In this document: positions 50,960 to 64,000 of the stretch, one piece after another
Position numbering within the stretch: position 1 is the stretch's first letter
How the letters are laid out: the number at the start of each line of letters is the position of its first letter
Assembly (NCBI GenBank): GCA_036785375.1
Contig: JAWMAR010000384.1
Coordinates: 744,001 to 808,000, forward strand
DNA length: 64,000 nucleotides
DNA from: Leucoraja ocellata
Lineage: Eukaryota
Reading direction: 5' to 3'
Translations under genes and position numbers: made by a program
Notes under the pieces: generated by a model
What the model was told of the DNA's origin: nothing
What the model saw: only the letters and a program-made list of their open reading frames with translations
Database searches by the model: none

Positions 50960-51830
50960 TGTGTACACAAGTGGCTTACTTCTACACTATTTATGTTCCT
51001 CGTAATTTTGTATATCACCATCATGTTCACGCACAAACTTAACTAGTTCATAGAAAACGAAGCTGGCCTATCGAGTCTTTCCTTGGAAATGGAACATTCC
51101 ATCACAGGCAACATCCAAGTGAATAATTTAGTGCAAACCCTCCCGTATAGTCACGTCCGTTCTATAGTGCACTGATCAGAACCCAATGTTTTATAAAGTT
51201 GAATTAAGTCCGATCTCTTATATTTGATGCACGTGCTGTTGAAGACAATACCTCATACGGCATATTTATCACTTCATACGTGCACTGCTATGTCCATGGA
51301 ACTTTCCAACCGTAGACTGCGAACCCTATGTTCTTCAACGCCCCAGGGCCCGACCATTCATGGTGTATGGCCTACCATTATGTAAAACCCTAATATGCAA
51401 CACCGCATAATAATCAGGATTAAATTCCACATGTAATTATCTTTCACATTTTACCCGATGATCGATATCATTTTGCAGACTGACACTCTCAGTATCAACC
51501 ACCGCTTGTCGTGCCACCTTAATAATCATACCTCCTACATGCCCGGCTGAATTATAGACTTCATATAACAAATAGCCCTCACTGATCGTTGCTTACAAAG
51601 CTGGTCACAGGCTTCCATTCGCAAAAGCAATTGTCCACCATTATCTACTGCATCGTAATACCTAGATCAATTTAATCCAATTTGGTAATGTGCCTTGAAT
51701 ACAATGGGCTCCAATCTTTTGCACCAATTTACCAAATGTAATCCTGTCATGCATTTTACTGTAGCTTAGGCAAGCGGCGTTAAGGACACTGCCTTCATGA
51801 ACATGTTAATTACCAGTTTGAAAATTCACA
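50960..51830 (-). mobile_element. Very old LINE (CR1-like) remnant
   Basis: Weak, decayed resemblance to CR1 RT sequence only. Confidence 0.35.
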
Positions 51831-51924
51831 TCGTCAGACAGAATCTTCCACCAACAAGACATGCTGATCATCAATGCGCAAGCCTTTTTAAATTCCCAAC
51901 CTCTGACGTTGGATTAACTGACTT

Positions 51925-53135
51925 GCAATTTCGGGACGAGACACCTTCTTCAGACTGGTTAGGGATTGGGGACACGAGAGATATAGACGATGATGTGGAG
52001 AGATGAAGAACAATGAATACAATATATGCAAGAAGTAGAGATGGTGAAGGAAACAGGCCATTGTTAGCTGTTTGTGGGGTGAAAACGCGAAGCTAGTGCG
52101 ACTTGAGTGGGGGGAGGGATAGCGAGATAGGGAATACCGGGGCTACCTGAAGGGAGATACATTAATATTCATACCAGTGGGCTGTAAACTGCCCAAGCGG
52201 AATATGAGATGCTGTTCCTCCAATTTGCGTTTAGCCTCACTCTGACTATGGAGGAGACCTAGGCCAGAAAGGTATGTGTAGAAATGGGAAAGAGAATAAA
52301 AGTGTCCGGTAATCGGGAGATCAGGTGGGTTCAGGCGGGCTGAGTGAAAGTGTTCTGCGAAAAGATGGCCCAGTCTACATTTGGTCTCACCGATGTATAA
52401 GAGTCCACATCTTGAACAACGGATACAGTAGATGAGGTTGGAGGAGGTGCAAGTGAATCTCTGCCCAACCTGAAAGGACTGTCGGGGTCCCTTGACAGAC
52501 ACGAGGGAGGAGGAATAGGGACAGGTGTTGCATCTTCTGCGATTACAGGGCAAGGTATCTGGGGAGAGGGTGTTTTGGGTGGGAAAGGATAAGTTAACCA
52601 GGGAGTTGCGGAGGGAACGCTCTATGTGGAAGGCGGAAAGGGGTGGAGATGGGAAAATGTGGCTAGTGGAGGGATCCCGTTGGTGGGTACCGAGGAGACT
52701 CCAGTGTTGTGTTGGGAGGGGAGCAATGGCGGAGCGGAGGGGTACCGAGGAGACTCCAGTCAGGGCCTCGTCTATGATGGAAGAGTGGACCCCCCGTTCT
52801 CTAAAGAATGAGGACATCTCGGGTGTCCTTGTATGGAACACTTCATATTGGGCGTATATGCGGCGTAGATGGGGGAATAGGGAGTAGGGCATAGAGTATT
52901 TGCGGGAAGAAGGTTGGGAAGAAGTGTAGTCGAGATGGTTGTGTGAGTCTGTGGGTTTGTAATAGACGTCGGTCAATAGTCTATTTCCTGTGATGGAGAT
53001 TGTGACATCAAGAAAGGGGAGGGAGGTAGCCGGAGATGGTCCAAGTAAATTTGAGTGCAGGATGAAAATTAGTGGTGAAGTTGATGAAGTCCATGGGTTC
53101 TGCATGGGTGCAGAAGGTAGCACCGATGCAGTCCT
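51925..53135 (-). mobile_element. Penelope-like retroelement: RT C-terminus, GIY-YIG endonuclease and 3' terminal region
   Basis: ORF 52143-53123 contains LPFLDVTI, VYYKPTD, CNRRRCNTC and NLIYCIRCSRCGLLYIGETKCRL...EH. Confidence 0.92.
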
Positions 53136-54564
53136 TCAAGCTGTCCTTTACTTTGGCGTAAGGTTACGTTTGACTAATGCAATAGAATTATTTGAAGAAT
53201 TGATGTGCATTGTCCAAATAAGGATAATGGTGCATGCACTCGGATTTTCTAGGATAACGTGCCGCAGCAACAACGTGTTGAACAAAAATCAAAGCGCGCA
53301 GTGCAGAGGTGATATCTATGGTGAATCGAAAACCAGCTGCCAGGAAACCGAGAGTAGGCATAATCAGGTGTGGTTCTGGTTTGTAATGCAAACTGTTGTG
53401 TCGCGGGTAAGTGTGTGGGCCCACAACTCTTTTACATACATTAAAATGACTTTAATGAATGCTCGAATTTGACCGGAAATCAGTGCTGATGATACGTAAG
53501 GAGACCAGATGTGACAGCCAATAGTAAATTAAGACGACACAGATCTGGCAAGTAGATTGTATACATCAAAATACCAAAAGGTGCCATTTATCGCTATGGG
53601 AACTGGATACAAACATGACGAAGTTATGCTTCACCTATGTATTTTTGTTACTCCACAAAAAGGAACTTCGAGGGAAATAATTCAGAGAACATGATTTCTA
53701 AAGATCGAAGCATCGGCTCAAGATAATTGAGAATTTCAGCTCTGATATCCGAGTGCTACTCCACAAAAGGCGAGGTGGTTTGTTTGCGGCGGGTGATTGT
53801 TTCAGGAGGGTGCATAATACGCCAGGGAAAGTAGAACCAAACCAAATGAATGTTACAAAATGTTGCTTAAGGTTATTACTGTTTTTAAGAACCATATAAA
53901 ACAAATTTGGGCGTCGGAAATTGACTAATTAACATCGAAAATTTAGATAGTTTGCAGGTTATTGGATGTCAGAACTAATCTTGAGGACTTTACGTCAATG
54001 TTTATGCATGTTTATGATTTTTAAATTTATACAGAATCTAGTACATCCCATTGCTTAGTACAAAATTAGTGCTATTGTCAGAGATAAGCTTTTATCAGAA
54101 TCATGGGTGCGAACAAAAGCAGAATCGCGGTTATTCCCAAATCCTTACGACCGGCATAAATCCTTACAAAAAAGATACGTGCTGAAGTAGATCAGTGGGT
54201 GGGCCATCACATCTAGAGAACATATGCGACGTTTTGGGTCGGGACCCTTCCTCTGGTTTCTGATTGTAGAGGGGATGGGGGTCACAAATCCATAAGACGT
54301 AGGAGCAGCATTAGGCCATTCGGTCAATCGAACCTGCTTCGCTATTCTATCATGGCTGATCTATTTTACCTCTCACCTCCATTCTCCAAGAACCTGTCAA
54401 TCTCCACTTTATGTTGGAAGAGGGCTGTTGGCGGGACAAAATCTGGCAAGTGATTGGTGGATGTAGATAAGGCGGGGTGGGTTGATTAGCAAATGGTTGG
54501 ATAAAGGCCTGTGTGGAAACTACAAAAGGGGTAAGGATAGAACGGTTGCGAAAGTGAATACACG

Positions 54565-54925
54565 GAAAACGACTGTCCTAGATGTAGTTCCGAACATATC
54601 CGCCACTGAACGCCACAGGGGATTCTTCTTCCCTGTGGCTATCAAACTGTTCAACTCCTCCCCCTTCTGTAGACGGAGACTGGCTCCCCGCCCTCCTTTC
54701 TCCTCCCTCCTCCCTCCTCTCCCTCCTCCCTCCTCCCTCCTCCCTCCTCCCTCCTCCCTCCTCCCTCCTCCCTACTCCCTCACCCCCCCCCGATCTTTAC
54801 ACATCCCCCAATCTTTTCCACTCGTCACTTTAATTTCACTCGTCACTTTATTTTGTGTTTTTATGACTGTTGGCAGATCATTTTCGCTCGTGGAATTAAT
54901 AAAGTTCTATCATATCGTATCATAT
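54565..54925 (+). mobile_element. LINE 3' end (Rex1/Babar-like) with an internal C-rich microsatellite
   Basis: TERHRGFFFPVAIKLFN peptide, then AATAAA and a short tandem tail. Confidence 0.55.
54690..54791 (+). repeat. (CCT/CCCT)n polypyrimidine tract
   Basis: Read directly. Confidence 0.9.
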
Positions 54926-55069
54926 GCTATATCCGGGACTTGTGCTGACCAGCCTGCATAGCTATTTAGGCGGCTTTGATGTTCTGATGTCCTCACCTTC
55001 TTAACGTTTTGGTTCACTATTTGCTGGCAGCAAGCGGTTGTGACAGGTATTATCTAATTACATACCCAA

Positions 55070-55400
55070 CAGTCAAGAGTCAAGAGTCAAGAGAGTTTTA
55101 TTGTCATGTGTCCCAGATAGGACAATGCAATTCTTGCTTGCTGCAGCACAACAGAATATGTAAACATAATACGGAACAGGAGATAAAAGTTCAGTGTGTC
55201 TATATACCGTAGACCATATATATATATATATACACACAATAAATAAACAGATACAGTGCAATAGGCTGCTATTGTTCAGAGTTTGTTTGATGGCGAGTTT
55301 AATAGCCTGATGGCTGTGGGGAAGTAGATGTTCCTGAACCTGGATGGTCCAGATCTCAAGCTCCTGTTCCTTCTTCCCGTTGGCAACGGATGGCAATGAA
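55070..55400 (-). mobile_element. LINE 3' end (Rex1/Babar-like)
   Basis: SRFRNIYFPTAIRLLN peptide, then AATAAA and an (ACTCTTG)n tail. Confidence 0.55.
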
Positions 55401-58240
55401 CCGCACATGCTGGTTTGCATAAAAAGTAAGCTATGCAGTAACTCAGCTGGTGAGGCAGCATCTTCGGGGCACATGGAATGGTGGGGAAATGGGTGTACGC
55501 CGAGATGGGTCACATTCTCATTCCTATGCCTTCCCATCAGTCCTGATACTCATCCATTGCAACAGTGAGGCCATACGCATAATAGAGGAAGAACATCTTA
55601 CATTTCTCATTGGTAGCTTACCAACCCAACTGTATGAACATTGAATTATCCAAATACAAGTTCCCCTTTCCCCTGAATGTCAGTCTGAAGAAAGGTCTCG
55701 AGCCCAAGCGTCCTCTATTATTTTTCTGCAGAGATGCTGCCTGACCGCTGAGTTACTCCAGGTTTGTGTGATTGTCTTCGGTTTAAACCAGCATCGACAG
55801 TTGCTCCTGACACATAACCTCCCCCCCCCCCCCCCCCCCGCCCTCGCCCAGGTCACCAAACCCCCCTCCCTCTACCACCCACCCGCTTGCTATGTTCCAC
55901 CTGAATGTTCGCTAATTTCTCCCTCTATCCCGCCTCCCTTTTCTCTTTCCCTGCCCCCTCCCATCGCTATTCCTTCCTCTGGCTCCACATTTCACGCCTA
56001 TTTCCTTATTATCTCACAGCCGTCTGTCTGTATTCGTCCCTAACATGTGCCCAACTAGCTGCCGTTCAAAGTATTTCATATGCATACATCTATCACTTAC
56101 CTAGCTTTGCAGCACCACCCCCACGTTTCTTTCAGACCACCCCCCCCCCGCCCCCTCCGCACGACAATCAGTTCGAAGTAAGGTCCTGACCCAACCCGTC
56201 GTTTCTCCATATGCCTCAATGATGCTATCTGACACGATGAATTAGCAAATTTCAACCAGTTGTCTAGTGAGCCACACAATGAACGCAATACACCGTTGAA
56301 ACCTCGCCCCTCCCATCGATAATCACGCAGTTTGCTCCTTTGGCCTTTAGCTAAAACCAGCTACACGTGGAGAGCGAACCAGCCTGCAAATCGAAAGATT
56401 TGTTTAAGATTTGCCCCCACTGAATTTGCCCCCTACATGCAAAATTAAATAAAAATAATAGTACGTTGTATTCGTCCAGATGAATCGTAAATTCATGTGA
56501 ATGCTCTGTGTATTGGGATAAGTGTTGTTGTGGCGAAGCACTCTCTACCTCCCTACGGCATGTGACTGGATCCTCCTGGTCAGAGACTCTATGAGACTCC
56601 TTTCTTGACGACTATTGGGAAGTTGCCGCCCAGTTTTGCCGAAGACGCGCACGATTTTGAAAATTAAACGACACGTTATTTTAGTTGAAACATTGTCTTT
56701 TCACATTAAGTGGAAGATATGTTGTGCCAATTTCTAGTCATTATTTTCTGTCAGCGTGCTATTCTGCTAATTCTTTCCGTTACTGCCACGTTTATAACAT
56801 CCATTCAGAGAAAGGAGACGTCATTTTGATATCCCGTGTTTCATTACAAGTACATAGTCTCCTAACAGATTCATCGGCAGTGCTTTCATTGCATTAATTA
56901 TATCCAGACCGAAAAGGTCTAGATTGAAACCGGGCAAATTGGAGGAGCTTTGATGGGTGTATTGAATGGTATGAACGGGTTGAACTATGTTTTCATGCTG
57001 CATAACTCTATGACTGTTTGATTCTTCCAAATGTTGTTTTTACAAATATACTATATCCCTGGTTCTCACAGGCGATGATCGTTTTTGTTTTCCCTCCTCC
57101 TAAGCCCAACACGGGACTTCCGCATAATGAAAATATAGGCGATCCTAAAGGTGTTATCCACCATGCGAATTAATGTAAAGTTAATTTGAACGTGCGTGTA
57201 GCAACAATAGCGTATTAGCCGGACACAGTGGTGGCCGTTGTCTATTTCTTTGATCAATCGAGCTTATAGCCACAGCGCTGTAAATAAATGAGTGTGATGT
57301 GCACAACCATTATATGACCTGTCCTCCACTCACTGACAAATTATACTGCTCCTACTCTGTGTACCTTCCGTGGATTCTATCTCTTCTGCTATATTTAAAA
57401 AAAGTGTTATCTGGATCGATTGAATTTTATTGACTAGTTATCTCCAGTGTTTTTAATTGAATTGAGTCGCATTGGCTAATTGTAAATGTATAAATGGATT
57501 GTGTTAAAACGTTAATGTGCAGAAATACTTATTTCAAAAATCATCTTTGGAGGTATTTGGTGCGAATTTGAGTCTCTGGACGAATAGGAGAATGCGATGG
57601 GGGGAAAATAAGATTGTGATTCTTTTTCCTACTGAGACTAAGTGTTCGGTGCATTCAGTGCTTCACCTGTGTTGACGTAGAACATGTTGGCAGGGCTGCT
57701 ATCAAACTGATGGTGTTTAATGACTGCCATCGTCAACTACCTTTCCCACATTTCCTGGTACCGACAGTCATACGCAATATCGCATTCCAACTAACCGAGG
57801 CTTAATATAATTACAGGATTCAAATTAATCATCCACTGTACATTGGGAGGAGATCGATTCCAAAATAAAAGGGTGGAAACATCAAAAGTTTTCTAATTCC
57901 CGGTCAACATATTTTGAATCAGAAAAAAAGGATATTGCATTGCATTTAAGATTAGTTTCTTTATTTTCTCAAAGGCTACAAACAACACTAAGGTCACATA
58001 TTGGCATTTGCCAAGTATTTGGATGTACTAAACTCATATTAATTAAACTGGAGGCTGTAAATACTACTGGTATTTTGTCGACAGAATAGTTTTAAAGTGA
58101 GCAAGTCATAGAAATTAAGCTTTACTTGAGAAATGTATCTAGCAAATGTAATACTCCAGAGACCAATACATTTCGAGATTGCATCAAATAAAAGAAAATA
58201 ATCATGATAAACAAACGCTCTCGATTAACACATTTCCATT

Positions 58241-58563
58241 TCACATACAGCTGGATTTCGCGATATCCACCCGAAGCGGGGTTGTCTGAGTCTCGTGTTT
58301 AACCACACAAGAGTAAAACTCGTGTGAGTTCCAGACTGTGGCTGGCAGAGTCAGGTAACTGCTCGCACTGAACGTGTTGTCCTTCTCCTGCTGGATTCGG
58401 CTGGTCTCAATGCCGTCGCTTCTCGCACTGCCGTCCACAGTCCACTGGATTTCCACAGCACCAGGATTAAACCCGCTCACCAAACACACCAGGGTGGCGG
58501 TGCCCTTTACTCTCATCTCATCTGCTGAAGGTAGTAAAACGGATGCGGCAGGGGGCCGAGGAT
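58241..58563 (-). CDS. IGLC: Ig light-chain constant exon, cluster 6 (divergent, VJ not visible)
   Basis: PRPPAASVLLPSADEMRVKGTATLVCLVSGFNPG...IAKSSCM*, 323 nt like the others, acceptor gttaatcag with AG at 58564-58565. Confidence 0.93.
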
Positions 58564-60145
58564 CTGATTAACAAAAGATCGCAGTTAAATAAGAATTGAA
58601 GCACTACTTTTGGATCAAAGGTCAATGTAATAACCAGAACGCCTTTACGTCCAACCGCTTCAAAATAATAAATTCTCATCGTGTATCTAGCTACTGAAAT
58701 AGAATTTACAATAAGGATTTCTGGATAAATCAAACATTACCTTAATAAAATCTCGGTAATATGTAGGAAGGAACTGCAGATGCTGGTTTAAACCGAAGAT
58801 AGACAAAATGCTGGAGTGACTTGTGTCTATCTTCGATCTAATAAATTCTCATTTTGCTTCATTCGCACAGTTCCGAACAGGAGAGTCTTGCATTATTTTT
58901 GAATCGCGCGACACAAGAAAGGGATTGATCTCGATTTCCTTTGAGCTCTCACGCAAAAGACCTCTAGGCAAAGGCGGATTTGTGTATTTATTAGGACACT
59001 TGAGGAAAACGGGCGGTCAGCTCCGTGCCAACTCCTAGCAGATAATTCTGTCCGTTCCATACTGCCCCTCCATTCCATGTCTATCTTCGGTATAAACCAG
59101 TTTCTTCCTCTCCATTATTTAACTGCAGTCTAGCAACTTATCTGAACAACTCTTCTTTCTACAGTTTGCTGCAGTAAGAAATTACATAGAGTAGTCAATT
59201 AGCCCAACAGCATGTCTTGGAGCAGTGCAAGGACATTGATGTTTTGACGAAATAACTTGCAAACCCAATAGACAGTACCCTAGGAGGGGATTGAACGCTG
59301 GAGCTGTGAGGTAGCCTTCTGCACCGGGTTATACCAGTGGTCTGTGCAGTGCTGTACACAGTTTAAACTATAATCTTAGTTATATTTAAACCCATTCAAC
59401 TCTCGCCGTGTTGTTCCATCCTAACCAATCTGACATTTTTGAAAGAGAACTGCTCCTTTCATTGTCTGAATATGGAAACAGTTCGGGCTGCACTCCATCA
59501 ACCAGATATAATACCGGACTGCTATTAACAACGTAACATATTTCACGTTTGCAGATGCGCATGATCACAATTGCAAGGGTTTTTTGCTCTTTAAAGTTTT
59601 CATGTCAGAAGACCACCAGATCCTTTACCTGGTCGAAGATTTCAAAAAACATTGAAGCTAAAATAAACAGTTGATGTTTTAAATGACTAACGCGATGCAA
59701 TGATCTTTTCATAGCTCACAGAGAGAATAGATGGTTCAGATTAAACCTTAAATTTCAGATATTTGAGAAAAAAACTTTCAATAGTCGGTCGTAGCTGAGT
59801 AAAATCCTTTCTGATCAACAAAGAACTAGAAATCAGGTATAAAAACTGAAAACGCTGGGGTTACCCAACAGAATAGACAGCTTCAGGGGAGAGAAACAGT
59901 TAACAAAACAGGCTGGCTCTGTAGTGTCGTGGGGCTGAAACAATATCCTTGTTCCGCTCTCCACAAATGATTAATTTTAATTGTGTGAAAGCGAGCACTC
60001 GATTGTCGGGTCAGCTTCAGTAGGTCGCTTTCTTCAATCAAACGTTTCCTCTCAATGCGCAGATTGACTGGTGGGTGTATAGCTATGTTACAGGGTCGTC
60101 CACAACAGTCAGTTTCCATTCCAATTGGGTTTTTGAAACTGCACG

Positions 60146-60345
60146 NNNNNNNNNNNNNNNNNNNNNNNNNNNNNNNNNNNNNNNNNNNNNNNNNNNNNNN
60201 NNNNNNNNNNNNNNNNNNNNNNNNNNNNNNNNNNNNNNNNNNNNNNNNNNNNNNNNNNNNNNNNNNNNNNNNNNNNNNNNNNNNNNNNNNNNNNNNNNNN
60301 NNNNNNNNNNNNNNNNNNNNNNNNNNNNNNNNNNNNNNNNNNNNN
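60146..60345. other. Assembly gap (200 N)
   Basis: Run of N. The round size suggests a scaffolding placeholder of unknown true length. Confidence 0.99.
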
Positions 60346-61285
60346 AGCCAATCAGAAATGTCAATGGTTTTTCCTGCGACCTATTGGAACCGGAATAGGC
60401 TTCGAATTCTGTATTTCTTGGTTACTTCGATACATTTTTAAAACATAAAACATAATAAGGAATATAGAGCATTACTGTTTTATTTTCCAATCATATATAC
60501 ATCTATTCCCATGGTGCTGTTGTGGAAGATAGGGTCCACACGAGTTTATTCAGCAAATGTGCGGTCATAAGATAGATTTTCTTACTCTGACGATTCGCAT
60601 ATTGGACGAGACATCATTGCAGATTGCGGATCTGAGGTTTTTGTCATTTTGTCCTTGTCGAAGGCGAACAGGCCCCGCGGAGGCTATCAAGTCCATGCCG
60701 ACTCTCAAGTACTCATCTACATTAATCCTATTTTTCTGCACTTGGACCATTGCTTTTACTCTCACTTCACAAAAACATCAGGTTCAACATTACACCATAG
60801 TTTTGAGCTGTGACTTTGGTGCACGGATGCAACGATGTACATTGTCTACTTTGACCGTACTGTCGTGCAGCAAACCACGACCCAATATGCGTCTGTAATA
60901 TCGGTCCTTGCACAAAACGCATGCATCATGCCATTGCATTTGATGTTAGTAAAAACGAAGATACGTTTAACTGGCGCGGTGCTGGTAACTTTATTTTACC
61001 CAACGGAAGAAAGTCTGGTGCCTCTGCTTTAAATACGAGAACCTGAAATACCATACAGTGTTGATTCCTATACTGGAGCAGCATTAAAATATAATTAAAT
61101 AAACAATAATATTACATATACGTTGTATATATTTAAAATATAGCACAAGCCGATCGCTTCGGATGATGTGCGCGGGCAGGGGGGCGGGGGCTCAAAAATA
61201 CACCTTAATAAATGCCAACGTATACTGCATACCAAGGCTTCTGCCCGCTGTGCGAGAACATTCCAAGATTCAAGGACAAATATTT

Positions 61286-61437
61286 TCTAAGGTACACAAA
61301 AATGCTGGAGAAACTCAGCGGGTGCAGCAGCATCTATGAAACGAAGGAAACGTCGACCCGAAACGTTGCCTATCTCCTTCGCTCCATAGATGCTGCTGCA
61401 CCCGCTGAGTTTCTCCAGCATTTTTGTGTACCTTAGA
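61286..61437. repeat. Near-perfect hairpin repeat with about 50-bp arms, from the abundant Penelope-terminus-related palindromic family
   Basis: TCTAAGGTACACAAAAATGCTGGAGAAACTCAGCGGGTGCAGCAGCATCTATG is followed by its reverse complement. Related copies lie at about 1695-1820, 2292-2460, 10900-11490, 58760-58835 and 62530-62660. Confidence 0.9.
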
Positions 61438-63042
61438 TTTTCCAGCATCTGCAGATCCTTCTTAAACAAATATTTTCTATCTTTTCATCGTGTTAATATA
61501 TGAGTTCCAATCATGATATTCAGAAATTCTTTGGGGTTTTTTTTTTAAACGTATGTTAGCTATGACCAATTGGCAGAAATGAAATACGCGAACAATTCAA
61601 CAGACAAACGCCGGGCTACTTTAGCAAGGATTCCCCAGACCGGTTATGCAGACTTCCGTATAAATTATGAGCATCAAATCGGACAAACCTTCAAAGATTG
61701 AATTTACCGTATTGAGGGTACATCGGCATATATTTCATCCCAGATGAAAGGAATTTATTCGAGGGTTTCTCTCGCACAATGGAAAATATGTTCAATTGGT
61801 AAATCCACAAAATGACATAATTTGAACGTGGCGGGTATATTAAGTTCGACCCGTGGCGCCTGAAATGCTAAGTGCATCATGAAAATGCACCGAATAATTA
61901 ATCTTCACGACATGTAATTAAATAAAGCATGTCATGGTTAATAAGCATTGGGTGATTAATAGGTTACACTAGGCCACTAATACCCAAATCATGACCTATC
62001 CCTATTCTTCGGGGATGCTTCCTGGCCTGCTGATGTGCACCAGCAGCGTGTATCTTTTAATTTGTAAACCATCATCTGTAGTTCCATCTCTCTACTTCTT
62101 TTAAATCCTTTCCTGTTAGTGTTACTCAAGATTACAACATCGGCATTCTTTTGTGTCACAACATAATGGAGAATTCAGACACAAAAAGAGGAGGAAGAGA
62201 ATTGGGAACTGGAAGACACAAATATATTGTCTGAAAATGGACACAGAAGGAGAAATCTACCTGGCACAAATGATGAGAAATTATGTTGAAACAGATAAGC
62301 AAGGACAAAGAATGTGAGAGGCCTGGTGCACTAAATGAGAAACACATTTCTATTCATAAATAAGAAGTTGTGGCCTTTGCCCCCAACATAAACAAAGCGT
62401 TTTCTTAAAATAAGATGTGATGAAGCACACACAGAGTGCACTTACAACTTCGCATGCGCGGTGATTGTGAAAAAAAAAGCAAATAGTAAGCACCTTTTGC
62501 AGAAATTAATGTCGTGTGTACCATCGTCGTGTGTATAGGAAGGAACTGCAGATGTTGGTTTAAACCGAAGATAGGCACAGAATGCTGGAGTAACACTGGG
62601 ATAGGCCGCATGTCCGAAGAGAAGGAATGGGGGACGTTTCGGGTCCAGCCCCTTCTTCAGAGGTGATCATTTCCACGACCTTGCAAAAATTTTTTTACTG
62701 CAACGACCTGACTCCCAATAGTATATTTCTACTAAAACAAAGGTAATGAGGCAAGAATCACCAACGAAATGCAGATTTGTAAGCTCCCATGGCAGGGAGA
62801 AGCGGAACAGAACGAAGGCGATAATTGCATTGAAATAGTTTGAGTAAAATTCATTGCCGCCAGATATGTCTAATTTAATTATAATCAACTGAAATACACT
62901 TGTTAAACAGATGTTGATGATGCCGATCTTTCAGAATCATATTGCAGCTGCACTTACCCAGAGACACAAAGGGTGTTCAATTACAGTTGGATTGTACATT
63001 TCTTTTAAATATACACATGCCATAAAGTCACAAGAGTCCGTT

Positions 63043-64000
63043 ATAAGGGGTACTTAGTTCACGATACAATAGGCCGAAGTCAGCATGGCTTTGTGAAGGG
63101 AAGGTCTTGCTTGACAAATTTGCTGGAATTCTTTGAAGAAGTAAAGAGCAGGATAGACAAAGGAGAGTCAGTAGATGTGTTTACTTCGATTTTCAGAAGC
63201 CTTTGATAACGCGCCACACGTTAGGCTGCTGAGGAAAATGAGAGTCCACGGATAGCAGGTTGGCTGGATGGTAGAAGACAACTAGTGGCTATAAAGGGGT
63301 TTTTTTTCTGGTTGCCTGCAGGTGACTAGTGGAGTTCCGCAAGGATCGGTGCTGGGGCCGCTACACTTCACGTTGTATAGTAATAATTTGGACGAAGGAA
63401 TTGAAGGCTTTGTGGCCAAGTTTGCGGATGATACAAAAATAGGCGAAGGAGCAGGTTGTGTAGAGATAGCAGGGACTCTGCAGAAGGACTTGGCAGGTTG
63501 GGACAGTGGGCAGAGAAGTGGCAGATGGAATCTAGTGTAGCAAAGTGTGGAGTCATGCATTTTCGTAATAGGATTAAAGGCATAGACTATTTCCTAAATG
63601 GGGCGAGGATCCAGAAATCGGAGGTGCAAAGGGACAAAGAATAGTGCTGGTGCAGTTCAGCTGCAAGTCGAGTCAGTTGTAATGAAACAAACTCAATGCT
63701 AGCATTTATTTCAAGAGGGCTCCTATATAAAACAGAGGTGTCGTGTTGAGGCTCTATAAGGCCGCATTTGGAATTTTATGAGCAATTTTGGGCACGATAT
63801 CTGAGGAAGGATGTGTTGGCTCTGGATGGTCTGGGGGAGGCTTGCAAGAATGATCCCAGGAATGAGTAGGTTAACCTATGTTGAGCGTTTGGAGGCACTG
63901 AGCCTTACATGCTGGAGTTTAGAAGAATGAGTGGGGACCGTATTGAAATGTACAGAATAGTGAAAGGCTTGGGTAGAGTACATGTGGAGAGGATGTTTCC
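63043..64000 (+). mobile_element. Degenerate CR1 LINE RT region running off the window
   Basis: [31 protein letters not shown] and KFADDTKI. Confidence 0.9.

Noticed and set aside
59615-59645. ATCTTCGACCAGGTAAAG on the minus strand as a possible J segment for cluster 6
   Set aside because: No FGxGT motif and no RSS. Chance resemblance.
60055-60441. ORFs spanning the N run
   Set aside because: Artefacts of translating through the gap.

Overview
Eukaryotic genomic DNA from a cartilaginous fish. The repeat families suggest a skate or ray, which is inference. The window is a head-to-tail array of six immunoglobulin light-chain clusters of the elasmobranch type II (lambda/NS3-like) class, all on the minus strand and 10-14 kb apart. 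Five are complete three-exon units: a 49-nt leader exon, a 345-nt exon in which V and J are already fused in the germline with no RSS between them, and a 323-nt C exon. Cluster 1 has an in-frame TAG in FR1 and is a probable pseudogene. Clusters 2, 4 and 5 are intact. Cluster 3 is in frame but has FGxG changed to VGxG. Cluster 6 has a divergent intact C exon whose VJ and leader most likely fall in a 200-N assembly gap. The clusters form subfamily A (1, 2), subfamily B (3, 4, 5) and a divergent singleton (6). Spacers are nested retroelements: CR1 LINEs, an RTE-X-like LINE, Penelope-like elements with degenerate hammerhead-like cores, V-SINE/HE1-like SINEs and a long-TIR MITE. The most notable signal is that differences between germline VJ paralogs concentrate in the CDRs and often occur as 2-3 nt adjacent substitutions, resembling shark somatic hypermutation, whereas C1 and C2 differ only by single changes. 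All alignments and counts were done by eye.
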